A stretch of DNA of 64,000 nucleotides from Aequoribacter sp. (GTDB lineage: Bacteria; Pseudomonadota; Gammaproteobacteria; Pseudomonadales; Halieaceae), in NCBI RefSeq assembly GCF_049615385.1, contig NZ_JBMZFL010000009.1; one strand, given 5' to 3'. Below, piece after piece: positions 40,668-52,982 of the stretch. Position 1 is the stretch's first letter; every line of letters begins with the position of its first letter. Below the pieces are notes generated by a model, which was not told the origin of the DNA, did no database searches, and was given only the letters and a program-made list of their open reading frames with translations. A program made the position numbers and the translations under genes.

Positions 40668-41357
40668 TTGGTGGACGTTTTTGGGTTTCCCCCTACTTGG
40701 CAAGCCCTTAGTGATCCACCAGGTTTGCTCGCCATGGGGGGCGATTTAAGCCCCGAGCGCCTGCTTCACGCCTATGCTTTGGGGATCTTCCCGTGGTACT
40801 CGGATGGCGAGCCGATTCTGTGGTGGACGCCAGATCCTCGCTGTGTCTTGCTCCCGAACCAAATTCGGGTATCTAAATCGTTGAAGAAAAGATTACGCAA
40901 GCCCTACACGGTGACGACCAATAGGGCCTTTGCCCAGGTGATGTTGCACTGTGCCACCGTGGACGGGCGGATCGATAACACGTGGATTAGTTCAGAGATG
41001 CATCAAGCCTACAACGAACTTCATCGGCTTGGCTATGCTCATTCTATCGAGGTGTGGTTAGACACTGAACTCATCGGAGGGCTATATGGCTTGAGGCTTG
41101 GTCGCGTTTTTTTTGGTGAATCGATGTTCAGTCGTGCGACTGACGGATCGAAAATTGCGCTCGCGGCGCTCTCTGTCTTGTGCGCGAAGGCCGGGGTTAA
41201 CCTCATAGACTGTCAGGTTGAGAACCCCCATTTGATGAGTATGGGAGCGAGTCTATTGCCACGACTAGACTTCGAACACATCCTCGGCGAGAATGTCTAC
41301 GCAGATATAGACGATCGTTGTTGGCGCTTAGAAGAGCGGACCAAGGAACTCCTGTGA
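40668..41357 (+). CDS. aat: Leucyl/phenylalanyl-tRNA--protein transferase
   Basis: GGDLSPERLLHAYALGIFPWY...PILWWTPDPR...GGLYG...FFGESMF family pattern. TTG/GTG start directly after the trxB stop. Confidence 0.9.
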   Translation: MVDVFGFPPTWQALSDPPGLLAMGGDLSPERLLHAYALGIFPWYSDGEPILWWTPDPRCVLLPNQIRVSKSLKKRLRKPYTVTTNRAFAQVMLHCATVDGRIDNTWISSEMHQAYNELHRLGYAHSIEVWLDTELIGGLYGLRLGRVFFGESMFSRATDGSKIALAALSVLCAKAGVNLIDCQVENPHLMSMGASLLPRLDFEHILGENVYADIDDRCWRLEERTKELL

Positions 41358-42067
41358 GCTCATCCTTACACCATCTAAAAGTATTCACAACCTATCCGCA
41401 CGAGTGCAGCTATTTGTGGGGCAAAGAGGCAACTACTCTCTTTGTCGATCCACAGCAAGATGTGGATCAAAATCTATACACGTCGCTGTCACGTATGGGC
41501 TTCCGTCGGTCCGGACAGCACATGTATAAGCCCAATTGTGCGAGTTGCCAAGCCTGTGTTCCGGCCCGCATACCGGTTGCTGACTTCATGCCTAGTCGGA
41601 ATCAACGGCGGGTGCTTAAACGCAATGCTGATTTGCGAGTGCAAAGCTTGGCGACGCTAGAGGCCCCCGAAGCCTATCCTTTGTACGAAAGGTATATCAG
41701 CGCCCGACATCGCGACGGTGACATGTATCCCCCAAGCGTGGAGCAATTTAGGTCATTTTTAGGTCAGGCCTGGGATTTTACTCGTTACTATTGCTTCAGT
41801 GCCGGCGATGCGTTGAAAGCGGTGGCCGTAGTGGACCACTTGAATGACGGTTTTTCCGCGATTTACACCTTCTTCGATCCCGCTGATGACGCTCGGAGTT
41901 TAGGTAAGTTTGTCATTTTGTGGCAAATAGAACTCGCCAAGCAACTCAAGCTTCCCTACGTTTACTTGGGCTACTGGGTACAGAATTGTCGTAAGATGGA
42001 TTACAAAATTCAGTACAAACCCATCGAGCTCCTCAATCAGGGCGAATGGGTGAGGATAGAAACCTAG
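41354..42067 (+). CDS. bpt: Arginyl-tRNA--protein transferase-like Bpt (N-end rule)
   Basis: HECSYL...RRSG...YKPNCASCQACVPARI...and the C-terminal ATE domain (YVYLGYWV). GTG 41354 overlaps the aat TGA (GTGA), which I favour over the ORF-track start at 41318. Confidence 0.85.
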   Translation: MSSSLHHLKVFTTYPHECSYLWGKEATTLFVDPQQDVDQNLYTSLSRMGFRRSGQHMYKPNCASCQACVPARIPVADFMPSRNQRRVLKRNADLRVQSLATLEAPEAYPLYERYISARHRDGDMYPPSVEQFRSFLGQAWDFTRYYCFSAGDALKAVAVVDHLNDGFSAIYTFFDPADDARSLGKFVILWQIELAKQLKLPYVYLGYWVQNCRKMDYKIQYKPIELLNQGEWVRIET

Positions 42068-42145
42068 CTAAATTACGTTTTTTGGTGGCGTTATGCGGCC
42101 AGTTAAGGCAAAATGCGCACCGATTTCAGCAAGAGCTTACGGTGC

Positions 42146-42364
42146 ATGGCTAAAGAAGATCAGATTGAAATGGACGGCGAAGTCATTGACACGCTTCCCA
42201 ATACTACTTTTCGCGTCAAGTTAGAGAATGGTCACGTTGTGACGGCGCACATTAGCGGCAAAATGCGCAAGCATTACATCCGCATTTTGACCGGAGACAA
42301 AGTAAGAGTTGAACTCACACCTTACGACCTGACCAAAGGTCGCATCACCTACCGCGAGCGATAA
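42146..42364 (+). CDS. infA: Translation initiation factor IF-1
   Basis: [30 protein letters not shown]...RITYR. 72 aa from ATG 42146. Confidence 0.97.
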   Translation: MAKEDQIEMDGEVIDTLPNTTFRVKLENGHVVTAHISGKMRKHYIRILTGDKVRVELTPYDLTKGRITYRER

Positions 42365-42376
42365 AAGGCCTTGAGC

Positions 42377-44674
42377 TTAGCTCAAGGCTTCCAATTCTTG
42401 TTCTTGCGGCTGCGAACTCTCAACATCCAGACTTAATGTGTCTCCAGTGTCGCTCACTCGCACATGGACGGTTCCGCCAGCAGCCGACAATGAGCCAAAA
42501 AGCACGAGCTCAGCAAGAGGCTTTTTAATGTACTCCTGTATGACGCGCGCCATGGGTCTGGCACCCATGTGCATGTCGTAGCCCTTCTCTACCAGCCATA
42601 AGCGAGCATCTTCATCAACCTGTAATTGCACCCGCTTGTCGTCTAGCTGACCCTGAAGCTCAGTCAGGAATTTATCGACAACCGTCAGTATCACATCTTC
42701 ACCGAGCGGTTCAAATTCCACAATACTGTCTAGGCGATTGCGGAATTCCGGAGTGAATAATCGATTGATCGCTTCCATACCGTCGGTGCGATGATCTTGC
42801 TGAGTAAAGCCAATTGATCGACGGCTGATTCGCTCGGCACCCGCGTTGGTTGTCATGACCAAGATAACGTTACGGAAGTCCGCTTTGCGGCCGTTATTGT
42901 CAGTGAGCGATCCATGATCCATAACCTGTAGCAACAAATTGAATACTTCTGGGTGCGCCTTTTCGATCTCGTCTAGCAGTACTACTGCGTGCGGATGCTT
43001 GGTTACGGCGTCCGTTAAAAGTCCTCCCTGATCAAACCCAACATAGCCTGGAGGTGCGCCAATCAGCCTTGAAACCGTGTGGCGCTCCATGTATTCGCTC
43101 ATATCGAAGCGAATAAGTTCGAGTCCGAGCATTGTTGCTAGTTGACGGGTGACCTCCGTTTTGCCAACACCAGTAGGCCCAGCTAATAAAAAGCTACCGA
43201 TGGGTTTGTGCTCCGACTTTAGCCCAGCTCGAGCAAGCTTGATCGCTGAACTGAGCTCTGATACGGCTTTGTCTTGACCAAAGACCACCATCTTTAGATT
43301 GCTCTCGAGCTTTTCTAGTGTTGATTTGTCGTCGCGACTGACTGACTTCGGCGGAATCCTCGCGATCTTAGCAACAATCGCCTCGATGTCGCCAACGCCG
43401 ATTTGTTTTTTGCGCTTCGATTTGGGCAGTAGCTGCTGGTAAGCCCCTGCCTCGTCGATGACATCAATGGCTTTGTCTGGCAAGAAACGATCAGTAATAT
43501 AACGAGCTGCCAGATCCGTGGCGACTCGCAGTGCTTTGTCGGTGTAGCGAACCTTGTGATGTTCTTCGAATCTGGACTTTAGGCCCTTCAAGATTTTGTA
43601 AGCGTCGTCTGGTGAAGGCTCCGTCACATCGATCTTTTGAAATCGACGACTGAGGGCCTTATCTTTATCGAAAATACCGCGATATTCAGCGTAAGTTGTC
43701 GATCCGACGCAGCGCAGTTTGCCCGATGTCAATAGCGGCTTCAGTAAATTGCTCGCGTCCATCACACCACCGGACGCAGCACCAGCGCCGATGATGGTGT
43801 GAATTTCATCGATAAATAAAATGGCACCTTCGTGCTTCGACAGTTCTTTTAGCAAGCCCTTGAAGCGTTTTTCGAAGTCGCCCCGGTACTTCGTGCCTGC
43901 TAGCAGGGCCCCCATATCCAGAGAATACACGGTGCTTTGCGCTAACATTTCGGGCGCATCCCCATCGTGGATAAGTTTTGCAAGTCCCTCAACGATCGCG
44001 GTTTTACCCACCCCTGACTCGCCTACCAGCAGCGGGTTGTTCTTGCGACGTCGGGCCAACACTTGCGCAAGTCGCTCTACTTCTTCGGCTCTACCTATCA
44101 ACGGGTCTATGTCCCCCTCGCCCGCTTTTAAGTTGAGATTGGTCGCAAAACTTGTCAGCGGATTACCCTCGCCGCTTTCCTCGCTGGACTCGCTCGTGTT
44201 TGTCTGATTAATTTCTGGCTCAGCATTGTCCTCGATTTTTGATACGCCATGGGTAATATAATTCACCACATCTAAACGAGATATGTTCTGGGTTTTTAGG
44301 TAGTAAACCGCTTGGCTCTCTTGCTCGCTGAAAATGGCTACCAGTATGTTCGCGCCGCTGACTTCGTCTTTGCCCGAGCTCTGTACGTGAAATACAGCCC
44401 GCTGAATAACTCGTTGAAAGCCTAAGGTCGGGTGTGTATCGAACTGTTCGCTCGCGCTATCTTCGATTAGCGGAGTCGTCGAGTCGATAAACTCAACAAG
44501 GTCAGCGCGCAACGCGTCGCTATCTGCACCACAGTGTTTTAACACCAAGGCCGCGTCGGGATTATCTAACATGGCTAACAACAAGTGTTCTACCGTGAGA
44601 TACTCGTGCTGTTTGGACTGTGCCGAGCGAAATGCCTCGTTTAAGCTTAGCTCTAATGCCTTATTTAACATCAC
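42377..44674 (-). CDS. clpA: ATP-dependent Clp protease ATP-binding subunit ClpA
   Basis: Clp N-domain. Two AAA+ modules (GESGVGKT; GPTGVGKTE). No ClpB-type middle domain. Follows clpS. Confidence 0.97.
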   Translation of the reverse strand: MMLNKALELSLNEAFRSAQSKQHEYLTVEHLLLAMLDNPDAALVLKHCGADSDALRADLVEFIDSTTPLIEDSASEQFDTHPTLGFQRVIQRAVFHVQSSGKDEVSGANILVAIFSEQESQAVYYLKTQNISRLDVVNYITHGVSKIEDNAEPEINQTNTSESSEESGEGNPLTSFATNLNLKAGEGDIDPLIGRAEEVERLAQVLARRRKNNPLLVGESGVGKTAIVEGLAKLIHDGDAPEMLAQSTVYSLDMGALLAGTKYRGDFEKRFKGLLKELSKHEGAILFIDEIHTIIGAGAASGGVMDASNLLKPLLTSGKLRCVGSTTYAEYRGIFDKDKALSRRFQKIDVTEPSPDDAYKILKGLKSRFEEHHKVRYTDKALRVATDLAARYITDRFLPDKAIDVIDEAGAYQQLLPKSKRKKQIGVGDIEAIVAKIARIPPKSVSRDDKSTLEKLESNLKMVVFGQDKAVSELSSAIKLARAGLKSEHKPIGSFLLAGPTGVGKTEVTRQLATMLGLELIRFDMSEYMERHTVSRLIGAPPGYVGFDQGGLLTDAVTKHPHAVVLLDEIEKAHPEVFNLLLQVMDHGSLTDNNGRKADFRNVILVMTTNAGAERISRRSIGFTQQDHRTDGMEAINRLFTPEFRNRLDSIVEFEPLGEDVILTVVDKFLTELQGQLDDKRVQLQVDEDARLWLVEKGYDMHMGARPMARVIQEYIKKPLAELVLFGSLSAAGGTVHVRVSDTGDTLSLDVESSQPQEQELEALS

Positions 44675-44682
44675 GTATTCCT

Positions 44683-45024
44683 CTAGGACTCATCGTCGCT
44701 CATTGGTTCAACTTCGCACAGGAGTGGGTGCTGGTTTTCCCGTGAAAACTCATTGACTTCGTAGGCTTTGGTTTCCGCAACATCGCGAGGGTAGATACCG
44801 CAAACGCCTTTACCCTGAGTGTGCACCGCCAGCATGATCTGAGTGGCTTTTTCTCGATTCATTCTAAAAAAGCGCTCTAATACGAGTACGACAAATTCCA
44901 TGGGCGTGTAGTCGTCATTCATTAGCACCACTTTGTAAAGGGGTGGCTTCTTCAGTGCGGGTTTGGCCGGCGCTACTGCGAGGCCGGTTCCGTCGTCATG
45001 TTGGTCTGGATGTTGCTCACTCAT
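44683..45024 (-). CDS. clpS: ClpS N-end-rule adaptor
   Basis: [27 protein letters not shown] core. 113 aa. Confidence 0.95.
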   Translation of the reverse strand: MSEQHPDQHDDGTGLAVAPAKPALKKPPLYKVVLMNDDYTPMEFVVLVLERFFRMNREKATQIMLAVHTQGKGVCGIYPRDVAETKAYEVNEFSRENQHPLLCEVEPMSDDES

Positions 45025-45138
45025 TGAAAATGTTACCGCCTAATTTGTCGTCATTATAGAGCATGTCACCCATGCTCGCAGAGATATACAGATTATCTGC
45101 GGCTGAATCCGAAAAATACAAGGGTAAAAGTAAGGCAT

Positions 45139-45178
45139 AAAAAAACCCGCAACACGGCTGCTTGCCAGTGCGCGGGTT
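45139..45178 (-). terminator. Rho-independent terminator of icd
   Basis: On the minus strand, AACCCGC...GCGGGTT outer stem (45144-45178) with inner pairing. It runs into a T-tract (A-run 45139-45145 on the plus strand). Sits 18 nt after the icd stop. Confidence 0.65.
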
Positions 45179-45195
45179 CGTGTTGTCAAAAAATC

Positions 45196-46449
45196 TTACA
45201 TTTTGGCAATGATCTGCTTTCCGAACTCTGAGCAGCTCAACAGCGTTGCGCCGTCCATCAGACGCTCGAAGTCGTAGGTTACGGTCTTGGCCTGGATCGC
45301 CCCGTTCATGCCGTCTATGATCAGGTCAGCGGCCTCGTTCCAGCCCATGTGACGCAGCATCATCTCAGCCGACAAGATCAGTGAACCGGGGTTTACTTTG
45401 TCTTGGCCTGCGTACTTAGGCGCAGTGCCGTGCGTGGCTTCGAACAGAGCGACGGTGTCACTCAGGTTTGCACCCGGGGCGATACCAATACCACCAACCT
45501 GCGCTGCTAAAGCGTCTGATAAATAATCGCCGTTCAAGTTTAGGGTCGCTACAACGCTGTACTCGGCTGGACGAGTCAGGATCTGTTGCAGCATCGCGTC
45601 GGCAATGACGTCTTTGATAACGATTTCTTTACCGTTATTGGGGTTCTTAATCGAAACCCATGGGCCGCCGTCAAGAAGCTCGCCGCCAAATTCATTCTGG
45701 GCCAGAGCATAACCCCAGTCACGGAAAGCACCTTCGGTGAATTTCATGATGTTGCCTTTATGCACAAGGGTAACCGAAGGTAGGTCTTGGTCGATTGCGT
45801 ATTGGATGGCTTTGCGAACCAAACGCTCAGTGCCCTCTTTGGATACTGGCTTAATTCCGATACCGACGTTTTGTGGGAAGCGAATTTTGGTCACGCCCAT
45901 TTCGTTCAGAAGAAAATCGACCACTTTTTCCGCTTCTGGCGTGCCCGCCTGGTATTCCACCCCGGCGTAAATATCTTCTGAGTTCTCGCGGAAAATTACC
46001 ATATTGCAAGCACCTGGGTCTTTTACGGGCGAAGGCACACCTTCAAACCAACGGACAGGGCGCAAACAAGTATACAGGTCCAACTCTTGGCGCAGCGCCA
46101 CGTTCAATGAACGGAAGCCACCACCCACCGGTGTTGTCAAAGGACCTTTGATGGCAACAGAGTAAGCTTTGATCGCGTCTAGTGTTTCTTCGGGGAACCA
46201 GTCGCCGTCGTAAAGTTCGGCTGCTTTTTCACCGGTATAAATTTCCATCCAAGAAATTTTCTTTTGGCCGCCGAAGGCCTTTTCGACAGCTGCATCGACA
46301 ACATCGATCATAACTGGGCTGATATCCACTCCAATACCATCGCCTTCGATGTAAGGAATGATTGGATTGTTGGGGACGTTCAGGCTGTGATCTTCATTGA
46401 CAGTAATGGCTTGGCCTTCAGTAGGCACCTGAATGTGTTTGTATCCCAT
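45196..46449 (-). CDS. icd: NADP-dependent isocitrate dehydrogenase (homodimeric type)
   Basis: 417 aa. Colinear with E. coli Icd, including the phospho-serine region [22 protein letters not shown]. Confidence 0.97.
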   Translation of the reverse strand: MGYKHIQVPTEGQAITVNEDHSLNVPNNPIIPYIEGDGIGVDISPVMIDVVDAAVEKAFGGQKKISWMEIYTGEKAAELYDGDWFPEETLDAIKAYSVAIKGPLTTPVGGGFRSLNVALRQELDLYTCLRPVRWFEGVPSPVKDPGACNMVIFRENSEDIYAGVEYQAGTPEAEKVVDFLLNEMGVTKIRFPQNVGIGIKPVSKEGTERLVRKAIQYAIDQDLPSVTLVHKGNIMKFTEGAFRDWGYALAQNEFGGELLDGGPWVSIKNPNNGKEIVIKDVIADAMLQQILTRPAEYSVVATLNLNGDYLSDALAAQVGGIGIAPGANLSDTVALFEATHGTAPKYAGQDKVNPGSLILSAEMMLRHMGWNEAADLIIDGMNGAIQAKTVTYDFERLMDGATLLSCSEFGKQIIAKM

Positions 46450-46531
46450 AGCTAACTCCGTAAAAAAAATTTAAAACAATTGTTCGCGAACGCAAACCGC
46501 TTAGGCGCGTGAATGATATCATAGACAGACT

Positions 46532-47161
46532 ATGGATGACCTCATTTTGCTTAACAAACCCATGAATATGCTCTCTCAATTTAGCTCAGAGGGAGAAAAA
46601 GAGGGTATTTCCAAACTTATCAGTGCCCAGGGGTTTCGTATTGCCGGTCGACTCGACTCCGATTCGGAGGGTCTCCTGGTCTTGACCTCTTATGGTCGGC
46701 TGCAAGCGTATCTGACTGCCCCTAAACACAACACCTGGAAATATTATTATGTTCAGGTGGAAGGCCGGATCGATGAGCAGGCGGTTCGCCGCTTGCAAGC
46801 CGGGGTGCAGCTCAACGATGGTCCGACTTTGCCCGCCCGAGTTAAGGTTATTGAGCCGCCTTCATTATGGCAGCGAACACCGCCAGTGAGATACAGAGCT
46901 CAAATACCTACGTCATGGCTAGAAATCGGACTGCAGGAAGGTCGCAATCGTCAAATAAGACGCATGACGGCGCACGTGGGCTACCCTACCCTGCGCTTGG
47001 TCCGGTTCCGATCGGGGCCGTTTAGATTGGCGGATTTGGGCCCCGGTGAATACGTACGCGTTCCCATCCCTGAAGACCTAAAACCCTATGCGCAGTCGTC
47101 TCAAAGACCGCGTCCTCGGGCGCGCGATTTGCGCAATCCTTATTCGAGGCAAAAAAAGTGA
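46532..47161 (+). CDS. rluE: RsuA/RluE-family 23S rRNA pseudouridine synthase
   Basis: Catalytic GRLDSDSEGLLVLT motif and no S4 domain. Divergent from icd and followed by nudJ-mnmA-hflD-purB, as in E. coli. Confidence 0.8.
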   Translation: MDDLILLNKPMNMLSQFSSEGEKEGISKLISAQGFRIAGRLDSDSEGLLVLTSYGRLQAYLTAPKHNTWKYYYVQVEGRIDEQAVRRLQAGVQLNDGPTLPARVKVIEPPSLWQRTPPVRYRAQIPTSWLEIGLQEGRNRQIRRMTAHVGYPTLRLVRFRSGPFRLADLGPGEYVRVPIPEDLKPYAQSSQRPRPRARDLRNPYSRQKK

Positions 47162-47610
47162 GAGATTTCCGAGTCACTGTCGCGGCGGTGGTGGTAAACC
47201 GAGGCCGATTTTTAATGGTGGAAGAGCGCGACAAGCAGTCTTTGCAGATGGTCATCAATCAGCCTGCAGGTCACCTGGAAATAGGCGAGACGATCATTGA
47301 AGGTGCGATCAGAGAGACCTTCGAGGAAACTGGCTTTGTAGTCGCCCCCGCAGGCGTGGTCAGTATAGGTCTGTATCGCCCCGAAAATCGGCCCGATACC
47401 TATTGCCGGATCACTCTGAGTGCCGTGCTCCGCAAGCATGATTCGAGCGCCGAGTTAGACCCAGACATTCATCAGGTGCTGTGGATGAGTCGCGAGCAAA
47501 TCGAGGCCAACTCTGCTAAACTCCGCAGCCCGATGGTACTCGACAGTATCGAACGTTATCAGCGCGGGCAAATCTACCCGCTGAGCATGTTGGCACACTA
47601 TGAATCCTAA
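47158..47610 (+). CDS. nudJ: Nudix hydrolase (NudJ-like)
   Basis: Nudix box [26 protein letters not shown] overlap with rluE. The E. coli-like position supports the NudJ assignment. Confidence 0.72.
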   Translation: MRDFRVTVAAVVVNRGRFLMVEERDKQSLQMVINQPAGHLEIGETIIEGAIRETFEETGFVVAPAGVVSIGLYRPENRPDTYCRITLSAVLRKHDSSAELDPDIHQVLWMSREQIEANSAKLRSPMVLDSIERYQRGQIYPLSMLAHYES

Positions 47611-48681
47611 GCAGAAAGTCATTGTTGGATTGTCCGGAGGAGTGGATTCTTCGGTTGCCGCTTTGTGCTTGATTGAACAGGGCTTCGACGTTGAAGCCTT
47701 GTTCATGAAAAACTGGGACGAGGACGACGATACCGAATACTGCACAGCGATGCAGGATTTTGCCGATGCCTCTGCCGTTGCTGCGGCGCTTGGTATTGTG
47801 TTGCATGGCGCCAATTTTGCGCGCGAATACTGGGACCGGGTTTTCGAGTACTTTCTGGAAGAGTACCGAGCCGGACGTACACCAAACCCAGACATATTGT
47901 GCAACAAAGAAATCAAATTCAAAGCGTTCTTGGACTATGCCCTAAACCTTGGCGCCGACTTCATAGCAACAGGCCATTACGCGAGGACGGGGTTGGACAA
48001 TGCGGGCTTGACGACTCTTCAAAAAGGCGCCGATCCAAACAAAGACCAAAGTTATTTTCTGCATCAAGTGCCTCATCAAGCGCTTGCTAAAACACTCTTT
48101 CCCCTGGGTGATATGCATAAAACCGAGGTTCGGGAGCGCGCTAAAGCAGCCGGCTTGCCGACTTTTGATAAAAAAGACTCCACTGGGATTTGCTTTATTG
48201 GCGAACGACGATTTACCGATTTCTTATCAACCTATTTACCGGCGCAGCCTGGCAAAATTGTGGCGGTCTCGGGCGAAGAACTTGGAAGTCATCAGGGCTT
48301 GATGTATCACACGATTGGACAGCGTCAGGGCTTGGGTATCGGCGGCACAAAGGACTTTGGGGAGGCTCCGTGGTACGTGGTGGATAAAGACCTCGACAAC
48401 AACAGACTTGTCGTCGCGCAGGGTAATCAGCATCCGAGTTTGTTCAAGCAACGTTTGACCGTAGTCGATCCGTTCTGGATTGGGACGCCCCCTCCCAGAG
48501 GTTTTCGCTGCTCAGCGAAGATTCGCTATCGCCAGTCCGACCAGCCATGTTCGGTCTCCTACCACGAAGAAAGCCTTCTTGTGGAATTTGATCAGGCCCA
48601 GCGCGCTATTACGCCCGGGCAGTCTGCCGTTTTTTACGATGGTGATCGCTGTCTCGGCGGTGGCGTCATAGTAGGTGCGAC

Positions 48682-48685
<4 letters not shown>
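47600..48685 (+). CDS. mnmA: tRNA-specific 2-thiouridylase
   Basis: PP-loop [20 protein letters not shown] catalytic Cys. CFIGE second Cys. 361 aa. Confidence 0.96.
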
Positions 48686-50693
<2,008 letters not shown>

Positions 50694-50766
50694 GATTTGA
50701 AGGTCAAATGTGAAGTCTGTCACACTGAAACTTTGCGAAATCAAAGACTGGGTTTATCCTTAGCAA

Positions 50767-51702
50767 ATGATTAAACACGAACGCAAAGAACTCACCATAA
50801 GAATCGAGAAGCTCGATTGGAGCAAAGGCCAATCCGTGCTTGCGATGATTCGTCGGCGAGTATTTATTGACGAGCAAGGTATTCCTGAGTCCGTCGAGCT
50901 GGATAGCTTGGATATCAGCGCACAGCACTACGTTGCCATCGTCGACAAAAAACCTGTCGGCACGGCGCGGCGACTGCGCGATGGACGAGTGGGCCGTATG
51001 GCCGTACTCAGTGCCTATCGTAACGCTGGGGTCGGATCCGCCCTGATGCGCTACGTTATTGATGATGCAATGAAATCAGGGTTGCCACGCTTGTATTTGC
51101 ACGCCCAAACAGCCGCCATTGAGTTCTATGCGCGTCACGGTTTTTCTGCCGTCGGGGAAATGTTCGAAGAAGCCGCAATGAGCCATCAGGCCATGGAAAG
51201 GCCCTTACACTATCAGGATTACAGCGACCGTATTATTGCCGCGAGCTACCCATCGCCGAGTGACCAGCTGGTTCTGAATCTTGCTCGACGAGCCAATCGT
51301 ACGATTCGTATATTTAGCGACACGCTGGATCACCTGTTGTTTGATAACAAAGAGCTTGCCGATAGGTTGTCTGATTTAGCACGTTCAACCCGCGATTCTC
51401 AAGTACAAATCTTGATTACGAACAGCCAGCTCATACAGCAAAAAGGCCACAGGTTGCTTGATCTTTCTCGACGTCTGCCCAGCTCTGTGCATTTACACAT
51501 GACGAAAGTACCAGAGGCTTTGGCGGGTAAGATGCTGGTGCTGGCAGATCATGACGGCGTATTGTACATGCCAAACATCAATGACGGTCGAGTGCGATTT
51601 GAACCCTCAGATAGGCCTTTGTGTATGAGACTTACCGAAGCCTTTGATCGAGTGTGGCAGCGCAGCGAGGCGGATCCCAACCTGCGCGAGCTTGGCATCT
51701 AA
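50767..51702 (+). CDS. GNAT N-acetyltransferase fused to an uncharacterised C-terminal domain of about 165 aa
   Basis: Residues about 10-145 show the GNAT acetyl-CoA motif (RMAVLSAYRNAGVGSALMRYV...FYARHGF). The remainder (IIAASYPSP...RSEADPNLRELGI) has no motif I recognise. Confidence 0.75.
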   Translation: MIKHERKELTIRIEKLDWSKGQSVLAMIRRRVFIDEQGIPESVELDSLDISAQHYVAIVDKKPVGTARRLRDGRVGRMAVLSAYRNAGVGSALMRYVIDDAMKSGLPRLYLHAQTAAIEFYARHGFSAVGEMFEEAAMSHQAMERPLHYQDYSDRIIAASYPSPSDQLVLNLARRANRTIRIFSDTLDHLLFDNKELADRLSDLARSTRDSQVQILITNSQLIQQKGHRLLDLSRRLPSSVHLHMTKVPEALAGKMLVLADHDGVLYMPNINDGRVRFEPSDRPLCMRLTEAFDRVWQRSEADPNLRELGI

Positions 51703-52013
51703 AGCATAAGCCCGATGCGATCAGCGTCGTACACAAGATCATAGGTCTTTAGCGCAGGGCACGGAAAACCCGCAGGCTTTACCAGGACCCCTGAGCGTTT
51801 TAGATCAAACTCAAATCCGTGGGCCGAGCACAGAAGAAGACCCTCACTTATCTTCGCATAATCGAGCGCGTAGTGTTGGTGCGGGCAGGTACGTGAGAAC
51901 GCATAAGTCTGCCCATCTTCATGAAGAAGAATGATATCCGCTCCCTCAATTTTGAACGCTTGACGATAGCCCTCATGGAGGTTGATAAGCCGCTCTAGTG
52001 GTATGAAGCGCAT
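51699..52013 (-). CDS. Small Rieske [2Fe-2S] domain protein
   Basis: CPHQH (CxH) and CSAHG (CxxH) ligand motifs 21 residues apart (Cys to Cys). 104 aa. Starts 12 nt after the meaB stop. Confidence 0.8.
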   Translation of the reverse strand: MRFIPLERLINLHEGYRQAFKIEGADIILLHEDGQTYAFSRTCPHQHYALDYAKISEGLLLCSAHGFEFDLKRSGVLVKPAGFPCPALKTYDLVYDADRIGLML

Positions 52014-52025
52014 GCCGCCCAGCCT

Positions 52026-52982
52026 TTAAAGTAGATCAAGAATCCGCCTCGCCGCAGTGTAAGTGGTGACATCTTGTTCGGCAACCGCCGTCTCGAGCTC
52101 TGGCAGCAAAGCCTTGATCTGAGGGTTCGCGCGAAGCTTGGCCTCTAAACCCTCGCGGATCAGCTGATGCATCCACTGCAACCGTTGTGACTGCCGGTCG
52201 CGTGTCAGCGCGCCGTTGACTCGGGACTGTTCCCAATAGTCAAATATCATCTCCCAGACTTCACGAATGCGCTCATTGTGAAGCGCAGAGCATGTAAGCA
52301 CTTTAGGCGTCCAAAACCCACTGTGCCGCAACAAGTGCATGGCATTCTCGTAGTGACGTTTGGCCTGCTCTGCCAGACCTAAACTCTCGCCATCAGCCTT
52401 GTTGATCACCAGCGCATCAGCAAGTTCTAAAATCCCTTTTTTTATGCCTTGCAACTCATCGCCGCCGCCAGGAAGCATCAGTAACATGAAAAAATCGACC
52501 ATGCCCGCAACTTGATGCTCAGACTGCCCGACGCCGACAGTTTCGACCAATATCACGTCGTAACCCGCTGCTTCACACAGCAGCATCGTTTCACGCGTTT
52601 TTTGAGCAACGCCACCTAGGGCAGTCCCGGCAGGGCTTGGGCGAATAAAGGCGTCGTTGCTGCGCGAAAGTAGTTCCATTCTCGTTTTGTCGCCAAGAAT
52701 TGAACCCCCTGCGATGGGTGAGCTTGGATCTACTGCCAATACTGCGACCTTTTTGCCCAATGACAACAGGTATAAACCAAAGGCCTCTATGAACGTGGAC
52801 TTACCCACGCCTGGCACACCACTAATCCCAATTCTCACGCTATTTCCCGTGTGTGGAAGCAAATCGGCGAGCAGCTCTTGAGCGTTCTCACGGTCTTGTT
52901 CACGGGTGCTTTCGATCAGCGTAATGGCCTTGGCCAGCGCTCTGCGCTGGCCAGATCTGATCGCCTCAGGCGTTAGCTTCAT
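52026..52982 (-). CDS. meaB: Methylmalonyl-CoA mutase-associated G-protein chaperone (MeaB/ArgK)
   Basis: P-loop GVPGVGKST. DVILVETVGVGQSE. NKADG. Start chosen at ATG 52982 (TAATG overlap with the mutase stop), 318 aa. Confidence 0.9.
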   Translation of the reverse strand: MKLTPEAIRSGQRRALAKAITLIESTREQDRENAQELLADLLPHTGNSVRIGISGVPGVGKSTFIEAFGLYLLSLGKKVAVLAVDPSSPIAGGSILGDKTRMELLSRSNDAFIRPSPAGTALGGVAQKTRETMLLCEAAGYDVILVETVGVGQSEHQVAGMVDFFMLLMLPGGGDELQGIKKGILELADALVINKADGESLGLAEQAKRHYENAMHLLRHSGFWTPKVLTCSALHNERIREVWEMIFDYWEQSRVNGALTRDRQSQRLQWMHQLIREGLEAKLRANPQIKALLPELETAVAEQDVTTYTAARRILDLL

